The position numbers and the translations under genes are program-made. 64,000 nt of DNA. Origin: a bacterium (GTDB lineage Bacteria; Patescibacteriota; Dojkabacteria; B142; OLB20). Shown piece after piece: positions 56,462 through 64,000 of the stretch. Numbering within the stretch: the first letter of the stretch is position 1; each line of letters opens with the position of its first letter. The stretch spans positions 33,803-97,802 of the forward strand of contig JAJTYI010000001.1 in the NCBI GenBank assembly GCA_021463645.1. The letters run 5' to 3'. The notes beneath the pieces are model-generated. The model was not told the origin of the DNA. It saw only the letters and a program-made list of their open reading frames with translations, and did not search any database.

Positions 56462-56983
56462 TTAAAATTTATCTCTATAACCCAGTCTTTGCATAAATTT
56501 AGGATACTCTCCTTTCTTTTGGAGATAGTTAGGTAAAACATCGTGGATATACAATTCTTCAAGTAATCTAAAGATTACGATAAAAACTGTGAGTGCAATT
56601 GAATGAAATTTCAGAACCACAATCCATAAATACACTATCTCAAACAAATTCGGGAAAACGATGAAATACCTTGGGTTTTTGGTTTTCATATAAAAGAATT
56701 GTCCAACGAGTCTGAAAATGAAAAATATAATTAAAAGGATTGAAAATTCAATTCTTAACCCGACAATCAACATCACTACATAGTCGAACCAATCTAATGG
56801 TTTATCAATACGATGGTATGGTTCAGGACTAAATCCGCATCTATGTTTTAATATATACCCATCTACGAAATCCATCGTTAATACAAAAACAAATCCCAAA
56901 ACAGGCCAGAAAAACATTGATAATGCAGCAAAAACTCTCAAGATGATAATAAGTGCTATTATGTATTTATTAGAATTTGTCAT
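56462..56983 (-). CDS. Polytopic membrane protein with a weak CDP-alcohol-phosphatidyltransferase-like DxxDG...DxxxD signature.
   Basis: MDFVDGYILKH...IDKPLDWFD. The motif is incomplete, so the assignment is tentative. Confidence 0.35.
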   Translation of the reverse strand: MTNSNKYIIALIIILRVFAALSMFFWPVLGFVFVLTMDFVDGYILKHRCGFSPEPYHRIDKPLDWFDYVVMLIVGLRIEFSILLIIFFIFRLVGQFFYMKTKNPRYFIVFPNLFEIVYLWIVVLKFHSIALTVFIVIFRLLEELYIHDVLPNYLQKKGEYPKFMQRLGYRDKF

Positions 56984-57022
56984 TAATAGTTATTGAGTCG
57001 TATTACTTTCATTGGAGTTGTT

Positions 57023-57472
57023 TTAAGACCTAACATCTTTACGTTTTCGTAGATAAGACTGAACGAGTTTATCCGCAATAAAATAAAAGATTGTAATAAC
57101 AATAATATTTAAAATTAATCCCCCAACGTAATAATAATTTTCAAAACTATAATCTACAATTTTAAATGGGAAACCAAGATCAAAATATTCATACTTATCT
57201 ATAGTCATTAAGATGAATCTAGTTAAGTACTGAGAAACGATGGCAGTAGCAACGTATATAGAATATTTAAACATCTTTCTTTTTTTGGACACATAACCTT
57301 TGTATAAATATCCATTTACAACAAAACTAGCTATTAAACAAATTAATAATAATAATAATAATGAAAGCAAAAGGGAAACCCAAAAAAGATTTTCAGGTAA
57401 GGAATTAATTTGCAAATCAAATAAAATTCTTTGAATAAGTGGGATCGGAGGTGGGGGTATTGGTGGAATCAT
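57023..57472 (-). CDS. Membrane protein, hypothetical, with a proline-rich N-terminus.
   Basis: MIPPIPPPPIPLIQ, then 3-4 TM helices. Confidence 0.45.
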   Translation of the reverse strand: MIPPIPPPPIPLIQRILFDLQINSLPENLFWVSLLLSLLLLLLICLIASFVVNGYLYKGYVSKKRKMFKYSIYVATAIVSQYLTRFILMTIDKYEYFDLGFPFKIVDYSFENYYYVGGLILNIIVITIFYFIADKLVQSYLRKRKDVRS

Positions 57473-57475
57473 AAT

Positions 57476-58354
57476 TTATATAATTAATAAAATAATTCCA
57501 GCTGTAACTCCAAGCACTCCTATCAACTTGTTCATCCCAAGTTTCTCTCGGAATAGTATTGCAGAGAGCACTGTAATTGCTCCTATAGAAGCAGTATTGA
57601 TAATATTTACATAACCTACATTTGGGGTGTACTCTTAGGCGTATTGCATCGTAAGGTTGAATAGTCCTGTTGTAATTCCCATCAGAATAAACCAGAAGTA
57701 ATAACTTTTATTTTTCACATATTTTAGTAATGATCTATCAACTCTTGCTTTGCGGAATAAATCAAAAGAGAACAAAAGCCAGAGAAAAATCAAAACATAA
57801 TAACCTCTGATAAAAGGATCTACGCCTTGATCGAGAAGCCATTTTGCTGCAAGGGCATTTGTTCCAAATAGGAAAAATGAGATGAACGAATCTCGAATCC
57901 AACCATTTGATAATTTATTCTTTGACTCTTTCTTGTCTGATTTTATGATTAAAGCCAAAAACATTATCACGATGAATATCGCGATGACATTCTTGAGTGT
58001 AAGCTCGGAATTAAATAGGAATACTGAAGCAACTGCAGTATAGATGGCATATGATTTCTGAATCATCAAACTGTAGCCAGGATTAGTGGCTTTCCGAATT
58101 CCTTCTAGCGAAAATATCTGTCCGAGGTAACTCAAGAAAAATGCCGTTGCCAAAAGAAATATTATGTATTCTATTTTAAGTTCAGTGTTTCTCCTCTGAA
58201 AAACCGCTATTGCTATGAACGTAAAAGCCGAAAATGCCCACATATAGAAATTGTTCACACTTGATGGGACCCCTTTTTTCTGTAGAACACGTAACGCTAA
58301 ATAAGTAACCACAGAGAAGGCATACATAAGAAATGAATAGGTTATCCAGGACAT
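57476..58354 (-). pseudogene. DMT/EamA-type 10-TM transporter interrupted by an in-frame TAA at 57635-57637.
   Basis: The track ORF ends ...LTMQYA*. The same frame continues as EYTPNVGYVNIINTASIGAITVLSAILFREKLGMNKLIGVLGVTAGIILLII*. This tail parallels the end of the first EamA repeat (GYSLMIQKSYAIYTAVASVFLFNSELTLKNVIAIFIVIMFLALII). The total is 292 codons, a typical EamA length. Confidence 0.65.
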
Positions 58355-58402
58355 GTTCAGTTACTAATTTAGACGATTATAGCAGGGTTAAAACGATAAC
58401 TA

Positions 58403-58424
58403 AAGGCGCCCCAAGGGGCGCCTT
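58403..58424 (-). terminator. GC-rich intrinsic terminator after the 292-aa secreted-protein gene.
   Basis: AAGGCGCCCC-AAGGGGCGCCTT palindrome. The minus strand follows it with a T-rich tract (TTTAGTTATCGTTTT). Confidence 0.6.
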
Positions 58425-58447
58425 AAAGTCGAAACTATCAGTGAATA

Positions 58448-59326
58448 TTAGTTATCTTTTCTATTCCCTGAGGCGTTTTCGTTACTTTGAACGTAACTTA
58501 CGCAGTCTCCTTGGTTTTTGAACAACCAATTCATGAATCCTTCCCATCCACCTTTTTTACATTCATTTTTATCCATAGGTGGGTTTTCTATAAGATTGAA
58601 TTCAACTGTTTCTCTGATATCACTTTCTCCTGAATCTTCCGTCGGATTATATATGAAACAATACATACCTGGAGTTAAAGATGACATATCTGCAGTAAAT
58701 GAGAATGTTTGATTACTCAATTCGCTTGAATCAATTGTTGCTGAGTCAGACTTTCCATCTACATTTCCAAAAACCGTATTTGTTCCAGCTGCACAAGTAC
58801 CCTCACGAACTGCCCATTGTACCGAATCTTGATCATCATCATCTAAGTATGCAGTAAATTCTACTTCACCATACACGTCCTGATTAACTTCTGGTGATGT
58901 GATTTCTGCTGTCCTAGGATAGAGTACATCGAATCTAGTCCAGTCAAATCTTTCATCTGATTCTGCACCAAAAACCATTCTTACTTCTACATACTCATCT
59001 GCTAGGATCGTATGCGTACTACTGTTATTATTTTGACAATAGAAAGGATACAAACCGTCAGTCACCAATGGATTATAATTATTCCCACTAGCCTGCGAAG
59101 TATCTCCATCCGTTCGATATTCAAAGCACGCTGCGAAAGCTCTGGGTTGAATAAACTCAAGTGTCACCTCTCCAACAGAAACGCCAGTTTGATTTACATG
59201 TGCCCAACCATTTGTTCTATTGATATCATTTGTACTTGGTGTTACTGCATTTACTTCAGCATTTACAGTCACCGTAGAAAGCCCTAACATCGTTAGAACT
59301 CCTACGAATAATAATAACTTCTTCAT
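58448..59326 (-). CDS. Secreted protein (292 aa) with a conserved Cys-containing C-terminal tag.
   Basis: Signal peptide MKKLLLFVGVLTMLGLSTVTVNA. C-terminus ECKKGGWEGFMNWLFKNQGDCVSYVQSNENA. Confidence 0.7.
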   Translation of the reverse strand: MKKLLLFVGVLTMLGLSTVTVNAEVNAVTPSTNDINRTNGWAHVNQTGVSVGEVTLEFIQPRAFAACFEYRTDGDTSQASGNNYNPLVTDGLYPFYCQNNNSSTHTILADEYVEVRMVFGAESDERFDWTRFDVLYPRTAEITSPEVNQDVYGEVEFTAYLDDDDQDSVQWAVREGTCAAGTNTVFGNVDGKSDSATIDSSELSNQTFSFTADMSSLTPGMYCFIYNPTEDSGESDIRETVEFNLIENPPMDKNECKKGGWEGFMNWLFKNQGDCVSYVQSNENASGNRKDN

Positions 59327-59372
59327 TTTAAATTCTTAAAATATAAATTATATGGGAAGTTTGGGTGATTAT

Positions 59373-59394
59373 TTACGCGAAAGATTTCGCGTAA
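59373..59394. promoter_or_regulatory. Perfect 22-bp palindrome (TTACGCGAAA-ga-TTTCGCGTAA). Operator candidate in a divergent promoter region.
   Basis: 10-bp arms that are exact reverse complements. It lies between the start of the minus-strand secreted-protein gene (59326) and the plus-strand ORF (59562). Confidence 0.45.
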
Positions 59395-59561
59395 TTCGAT
59401 GTTTAATTAATAATTAAATCATGGGTACTTAAAAACAACGAGCGAATTTAATTTCGTTGCAAAAAAATGGGATTTTCCCAACTTAACTATTCGTTTTACT
59501 ACAGTGACTTGCATTTTTGCTAAATTTTAAGGAAAATCAATTAATACCTTTAATTTGTGAT

Positions 59562-60020
59562 ATGAAAAACGCAAAACACCTACAAGGAATTTGTAATAAC
59601 TTGATAATGAGCTTGACTGAACATCCCGAGAATTATTTTCGATTTTGGGCACATTTGTACAATCCAGAAATCGATATCGACTTAAAATTTAATCTTTTTC
59701 TTGACAATGATTATCCAAAACATTTTTCTGGAAAAGCATGTTCAGATATGCAGTCAACTATTATTGAATATCGAGGCTTTTTTCTAAACCATTTAAATCT
59801 TCACAAAATAGCCTTAGAAGATATAAAAGAAGCAATAATATCAGTTAACACAGATACGAAAAAAGATAATATGATAATTTTCGAGGCTAAATTTGAAGTT
59901 ACAACCATAAATGGTAAGCAATATGAAGCAATGACAATGCCAAGCTTCTGGGGAAAAGAAGCTGATGATATCGAAGTTTTCTCAAATGGTTGGAAGAAAA
60001 TAGAAGTAAAAAGATATTAA
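59562..60020 (+). CDS. Hypothetical cytoplasmic protein (152 aa from the first ATG).
   Basis: ORF lying between the two secreted-protein genes. The track start at 59517 is a TTG, so the ATG at 59562 is preferred. No motif was recognised. Confidence 0.5.
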   Translation: MKNAKHLQGICNNLIMSLTEHPENYFRFWAHLYNPEIDIDLKFNLFLDNDYPKHFSGKACSDMQSTIIEYRGFFLNHLNLHKIALEDIKEAIISVNTDTKKDNMIIFEAKFEVTTINGKQYEAMTMPSFWGKEADDIEVFSNGWKKIEVKRY

Positions 60021-60103
60021 TTCGAGATTAACATCTCACTCTATTGTACCCACAGGTTCAAAGATTATTTCACTTTTGTTTTCCATATAAATTTTAGATA
60101 GGA

Positions 60104-60125
60104 AAGACGCCCCTTGGGGCGTCTT
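60104..60125. terminator. GC-rich bidirectional terminator hairpin between convergent genes.
   Basis: AAGACGCCCC-TTGGGGCGTCTT. It is nearly the same palindrome as the one at 58403-58424. Confidence 0.6.
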
Positions 60126-60152
60126 CTTAATCACACATGTCAAAATTGCTCT

Positions 60153-61049
60153 TTATTTCTCCTTGTTAGCAACTGCATTTTCATTACTATGGAAGTAACT
60201 TACACAGTCTCCCTGATTTTTGAAAATAACGTTGGTTGATCTATAAAAGTCAAAATATGGATTCCTCCAACCATCCTTTTTACATTGGTCAGCCCAAACG
60301 ACTGCTTCGATTTTCATTGCTATAGTTCCTAGCCCACTATATCCAAAGTACCGCAAACTTGAATCATAACTATCAATATTATTTATATATACCCCATTTA
60401 CGTCATCATCCATACCCTCAGTAACATTTGTTGAAGGAGGAATTAGAACAGATAACTCATTATATGGACCAAAATAATCATCTTGTTCACCAGTCTGTTG
60501 TGTTTTGAAAGATAGAGTCACATATATATCTTCTGGGAGAAATCTAGTATAACTCACCAAATCAAAAATAGCATTAAAAGAAACTCCAGGATGACAATTT
60601 CCATTAATGTCTATCCATGCATCATATCCACAGGCATCACTTGTTTCAGGTCTCCAGGGAATTCGAAGGTCTTGAGTGTGGCTCAATATCAAATCTGCAT
60701 CTGTAACTACATCTGAGAGTGGATTTTCAGAGTAAACTTTGATTGTGACTGGATGAGTCCAATACTCTGGATTCATAGCGTAAATCACATTATCCTGATA
60801 TTCAGAATAAGTTGCCCAACTACTCATACCGACCGTTATTTTGGATAAAACTCTTTCTTCACCTCCGAGATGAACATAATCTCCAAATTCATAAGTAGAA
60901 GGATAAATATAAAAATTATGTGCATACTCATTATTAGTAAACGTATCTGGCAGTGAATTATAAATCACCGTGTCCAATGCACTTGCTGGAGTCACATACA
61001 GAAACAACCCTATCAGTGCACCAAATAAAATAGAGAGAAACTTCTTCAT
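60153..61049 (-). CDS. Secreted protein (298 aa) carrying the same C-terminal tag.
   Basis: Signal peptide MKKFLSILFGALIGLFLYVTPASA. C-terminus QCKKDGW...IFKNQGDCVSYFHSNENA. Confidence 0.7.
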   Translation of the reverse strand: MKKFLSILFGALIGLFLYVTPASALDTVIYNSLPDTFTNNEYAHNFYIYPSTYEFGDYVHLGGEERVLSKITVGMSSWATYSEYQDNVIYAMNPEYWTHPVTIKVYSENPLSDVVTDADLILSHTQDLRIPWRPETSDACGYDAWIDINGNCHPGVSFNAIFDLVSYTRFLPEDIYVTLSFKTQQTGEQDDYFGPYNELSVLIPPSTNVTEGMDDDVNGVYINNIDSYDSSLRYFGYSGLGTIAMKIEAVVWADQCKKDGWRNPYFDFYRSTNVIFKNQGDCVSYFHSNENAVANKEK

Positions 61050-61134
61050 GCAAACTTTAAATAAAAAATAAAATAGTTCTTTAACAAATTAAATTCATAT
61101 TAAACGAATTTTATATTTTATGCTAGAAAAATAT

Positions 61135-61410
61135 TTATCTCGTCTGTATTTCTAGATTTGATGGTAGTTTTATCAACACATCTCGATTTGTAGGGAAGTT
61201 TGGTGAAAATACCCAATTAAATATTAAAGAAATAATTACAAAAGAGCTAAGCCATAAAATTAGTAATGATTTTCTTCTTAAATTATGTTTAAAGAACTTG
61301 AGTATTAATACTATAAGTATAGAAATTATAGAAGGTACAATAATCCTCATGATAATGAATATCACAATAGCGAAAAATACAAGTGCCTCATCGCCACCAT
61401 TGTCCATCAT
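61135..61410 (-). CDS. Small membrane protein, hypothetical.
   Basis: 91 aa with three hydrophobic helices. Confidence 0.4.
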   Translation of the reverse strand: MMDNGGDEALVFFAIVIFIIMRIIVPSIISILIVLILKFFKHNLRRKSLLILWLSSFVIISLIFNWVFSPNFPTNRDVLIKLPSNLEIQTR

Positions 61411-61499
61411 GATTGTTATCTTAATAAATATCGCTATCTCCTATAACGTAAATTTTTCTTGGGATATCACTACTTACGAAGCATTTATGTCATCACAAC

Positions 61500-61856
61500 T
61501 CATTTTCTCAAAATTTTTTCCATATTCTTTCCATTTGCCAGCTCATCAATTAATTTATCCAGATATCGAATCTCTTGCATCAGAGGCTCTTTGATGTCTT
61601 CAACCCTGACACCACAAATTAGTCCTGTAATTAGTTTTCGAGATGGATTTAGACTCGGTGCTTGAGTAAAAAAAGTTTCGAAATCAGTTTCATGTTTGAT
61701 GTGTGTCTCGATTTCCTTCTGGGTATATCCTGTTAACCAGACTATTATTTCATCCACTTCGGACTTTTTTCTACCCTTTCTCTCACCTTTAGCAACGTAG
61801 AGGGGGTAAACTCTAGCAAATGGCATTTTGTAGATACGGTTATTTCTTTGATTCAT
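61500..61856 (-). CDS. DUF2200-family protein.
   Basis: [37 protein letters not shown]...[39 protein letters not shown] matches the remembered family pattern closely. Confidence 0.75.
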   Translation of the reverse strand: MNQRNNRIYKMPFARVYPLYVAKGERKGRKKSEVDEIIVWLTGYTQKEIETHIKHETDFETFFTQAPSLNPSRKLITGLICGVRVEDIKEPLMQEIRYLDKLIDELANGKNMEKILRK

Positions 61857-61954
61857 TTTTTATATTAAATTACTACCATTTTACTATTAATTAAATATTT
61901 TTTGTAAAATCACCATACGTTGATATAAACTTAGTTCTATTTTTTATTACTCCT

Positions 61955-63292
61955 ATGAATAAATACATAACAGAAGTTTTAGACAAAGTTCGATTAGACA
62001 ACCCCAATGAACCAGAATTTATACAAGCCGTAGAAGAGGTACTTACTAGCATCTCAGAATTTGTTTCCGAAAACCCACAGTATTTGGAGAATGGATTATT
62101 AGAAAGGCTTGTGGAACCAGAAAAAGTATTTATGTTTAGAGTGCCCTGGATTGATAGAAATGGAAAAGTTCAGGTTCACAAAGGATATAGAGTCCAATTT
62201 AATAGCGCCATAGGGCCTTACAAAGGTGGCTTAAGATTCCACCCTTCAGTTAATCTCAGTATCTTGAAGTTTTTAGGTTTCGAGCAAACATTCAAAAATG
62301 CCCTCACTGGATTAAACCTGGGAGGAGGAAAAGGCGGAAGTAATTTTGATCCAAGTGGTAAAACTGATGAGGAAATCATGAGATTTGTGCAAAGTTTTGC
62401 TATAGAACTTTCTAAACATATTGGTGCGAACATTGATGTCCCCGCAGGGGATATTGGTGTAGGAGGTAGAGAAATTGGCTATTTATTTGGTCAATACAAA
62501 AGACTTCGAGATGAATTTTCGGGAGTACTAACTGGCAAAGGTCTTACACACGGAGGAAGTTTAGTAAGAACAGAGGCTACAGGATATGGCGTTGTGTATA
62601 TGCTAACAAATGTTTTGGAGCATCTCGAAGAAACAATTGTGGGCAAAAGAGTCTTGGTGTCAGGCTCAGGAAATGTCGCTTTATTCACAATCGAAAAGTT
62701 AATTGAACTTGGAGCTAAAGCACTGACTGTATCGGATTCAAAAAGTACTTTATACGTCAAAAACGGCATAACCAAAGAACTCCTCGAAGAAATTAAAGAT
62801 CTCAAATTTGTAAACCGCGGAAGATTATCAGAATTCAAAGATAAAAGTGGAGTTGAATACTTAGAGTCCCAAACCCCTTGGGGAATCAAGGCTGATATTG
62901 CCGTTCCCTGTGCTACAGAGAATGAAATATCGGAAGATGACGCAAAAGTGTTGTCAAAAAATAATATTGGATATGTAATTGAGGGTGCCAATATGCCAAC
63001 AACTTCAGAAGGTTACGAAGTTTTCAGAAGAAACGATATTGTCTTCGTACCTGGAAAAGCAGCTAATGCAGGAGGTGTTGCTGTTTCAGGTTTAGAGATG
63101 GCTCAAAATTCTCAAAGAGAAAGTTGGAGTTTCGAAGATGTCGACACAAAATTGAAAAGCATCATGAAAAACATTCATCGCCAAATGGTTGAAAATGGAA
63201 CTACCGAAGATAGAGTCGATTATGTAAAGGGTGCAAATATAGCAGGATTTAGGAAAGTTGCAGATGCTATGATCGCTCAGGGGGTTGTTTAA
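61955..63292 (+). CDS. gdhA: NADP-specific glutamate dehydrogenase.
   Basis: FRVPWIDRNGKVQVHKGYRVQFNSAIGPYKGGLRFHP...LGGGKGGSNFDP...445 aa. Confidence 0.95.
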   Translation: MNKYITEVLDKVRLDNPNEPEFIQAVEEVLTSISEFVSENPQYLENGLLERLVEPEKVFMFRVPWIDRNGKVQVHKGYRVQFNSAIGPYKGGLRFHPSVNLSILKFLGFEQTFKNALTGLNLGGGKGGSNFDPSGKTDEEIMRFVQSFAIELSKHIGANIDVPAGDIGVGGREIGYLFGQYKRLRDEFSGVLTGKGLTHGGSLVRTEATGYGVVYMLTNVLEHLEETIVGKRVLVSGSGNVALFTIEKLIELGAKALTVSDSKSTLYVKNGITKELLEEIKDLKFVNRGRLSEFKDKSGVEYLESQTPWGIKADIAVPCATENEISEDDAKVLSKNNIGYVIEGANMPTTSEGYEVFRRNDIVFVPGKAANAGGVAVSGLEMAQNSQRESWSFEDVDTKLKSIMKNIHRQMVENGTTEDRVDYVKGANIAGFRKVADAMIAQGVV

Positions 63293-63809
63293 GAATTTGT
63301 ACTTCCATAAAGGTCTCAAAGTCTTTAACTCCCTCATATACAACGGCCTGATATATTTTAGGACTCAGACCATTACTTGTGTCTCCAAATTTAGAACAGT
63401 ATTCATTTTTGATTTGTACGATTATTTCCTTATGTTCTTGTGTCATATCTTTCAGTAATTTTTGTACATCAGCGAAACCAGTAGTCTTCTCGTCAGTAGT
63501 CACCCAAAAATCAATCGACCAGACTCCTTGTTTTGTTTTGTATTCGTTTACACCTACTAAAATACCACTATTGCCTCCAAAGTCTTTTATTTTTACTTCA
63601 CTAATATTATCATTACTAATTAAGTGACGATATATTTTATCAATCGCGCTGAATAAATCTTCCACCACAACATGAATATCAATGTCTAGTTTAACAATTA
63701 CGTCCAGTGCAACACTTCCAACTACACGTGCATCCCCAATACTCTCTAAAATCGGCATTATGCCTAGTTCATCAATTATTTTTTGTGCTTCTTGTTTTTG
63801 GATTCTCAC
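63267..63809 (-). CDS. Nucleotidyltransferase-fold protein (minimal NTase-like).
   Basis: The VVGSVALDVIVKLDIDIHVVV pattern (GS...DxD). The 3' end overlaps the gdhA 3' end by 26 nt (convergent). Confidence 0.5.
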   Translation of the reverse strand: MRIQKQEAQKIIDELGIMPILESIGDARVVGSVALDVIVKLDIDIHVVVEDLFSAIDKIYRHLISNDNISEVKIKDFGGNSGILVGVNEYKTKQGVWSIDFWVTTDEKTTGFADVQKLLKDMTQEHKEIIVQIKNEYCSKFGDTSNGLSPKIYQAVVYEGVKDFETFMEVQILKQPPERS

Positions 63810-63886
63810 GGATTTAGTCCATAGATACTGATACGGTAATTATACCCAAGTATGAATCTAATAAATAGCATGGAAATGAACTAAGC

Positions 63887-63977
63887 CTACGTAGCTTCAG
63901 CGAAGATGAACCTGTTCTTCGTAGCTTCAGCGAAGAAGAACTTGTTCGACGTAGCTTTAGCAAAGTCGAATGACCCT
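63887..63977. repeat. Three abutting palindromic repeat units of about 30 bp.
   Basis: U1 is CTACGTAGCTTCAGCGAAGATGAACCTGTT. U2 is CTTCGTAGCTTCAGCGAAGAAGAACTTGTT (27/30 identical to U1). U3 is CGACGTAGCTTTAGCAAAGTCGAATGACCCT and is more diverged. Confidence 0.75.
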
Positions 63978-64000
63978 ACCTGCCTGCCGACAGGCACGGC
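63978..64000. repeat. GC-rich hairpin unit (TGCCTG-ccga-CAGGCA) following the tandem units. It is cut by the window edge.
   Basis: ACCTGCCTGCCGACAGGCACGGC was read directly. It continues out of the window. Confidence 0.5.

Noticed and set aside
62218-63627. Antisense ORFs inside gdhA (62491-62991, 166 aa; 62218-62433; 63092-63343) and inside the NTase-like gene (63379-63627).
   Set aside because: gdhA is unambiguous (GGGKGG and a full-length match to the family pattern). The antisense frames are low-complexity shadow ORFs.
63887-64000. Possibility that the tandem units are the start of a CRISPR array.
   Set aside because: The units abut each other without spacers, they are degenerate rather than identical, and no cas genes are present in the window.
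1-64000. Alternative genetic code (UGA or UAA reassignment, as in some CPR lineages).
   Set aside because: Conserved genes (tuf, fusA, eno, secY, rpoA, gdhA) read full length with standard stops. TAA terminates infA and rpmJ. The single in-frame TAA in the EamA gene is therefore treated as a mutation or variant.

Overview
This is a gene-dense, AT-rich bacterial chromosome segment. G+C is roughly one third by eye and was not computed. Conserved genes read full length under the standard code 11, and more than 85% of genes lie on the minus strand.

The content looks like a reduced-genome CPR/Patescibacteria-type organism. The evidence is: no L30 between S5 and L15; no adk between secY and map; ribosomal proteins with charged extensions; a minimal VirB4/PrgI module; and many orphan membrane or secreted proteins.

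The core content is:
- a fusA-tuf-S10-spc-alpha ribosomal supercluster at 36.2-55.5 kb, including an rpmJ that the ORF track missed
- eno-gpmI, proS, ssb, greA, gdhA and map-secY
- tRNA-Ser(GGA) and an enlarged RNase P RNA of at least 477 nt

The most interesting region is a tightly packed seven-gene minus-strand operon at 27.1-35.8 kb. It joins a minimal VirB4/PrgI-like secretion-ATPase module to PEGA and DUF4012-type envelope proteins and to greA. No relaxase, coupling protein or integrase is present in the window.

Other notable items:
- two secreted proteins that share a near-identical Cys-containing C-terminal tag and matching terminators
- an 810-aa orphan gene divergent from a Fic/wHTH gene that has a perfect consensus promoter
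- a DMT/EamA transporter interrupted by an in-frame TAA
- a family of small palindromic repeat units, tandem at the right window edge with a dispersed copy next to tRNA-Ser
- a probable multidomain cell-wall hydrolase at the left edge
- several promoter, terminator and operator-like sites

All functional calls come from reading motifs by eye. No database search was run.
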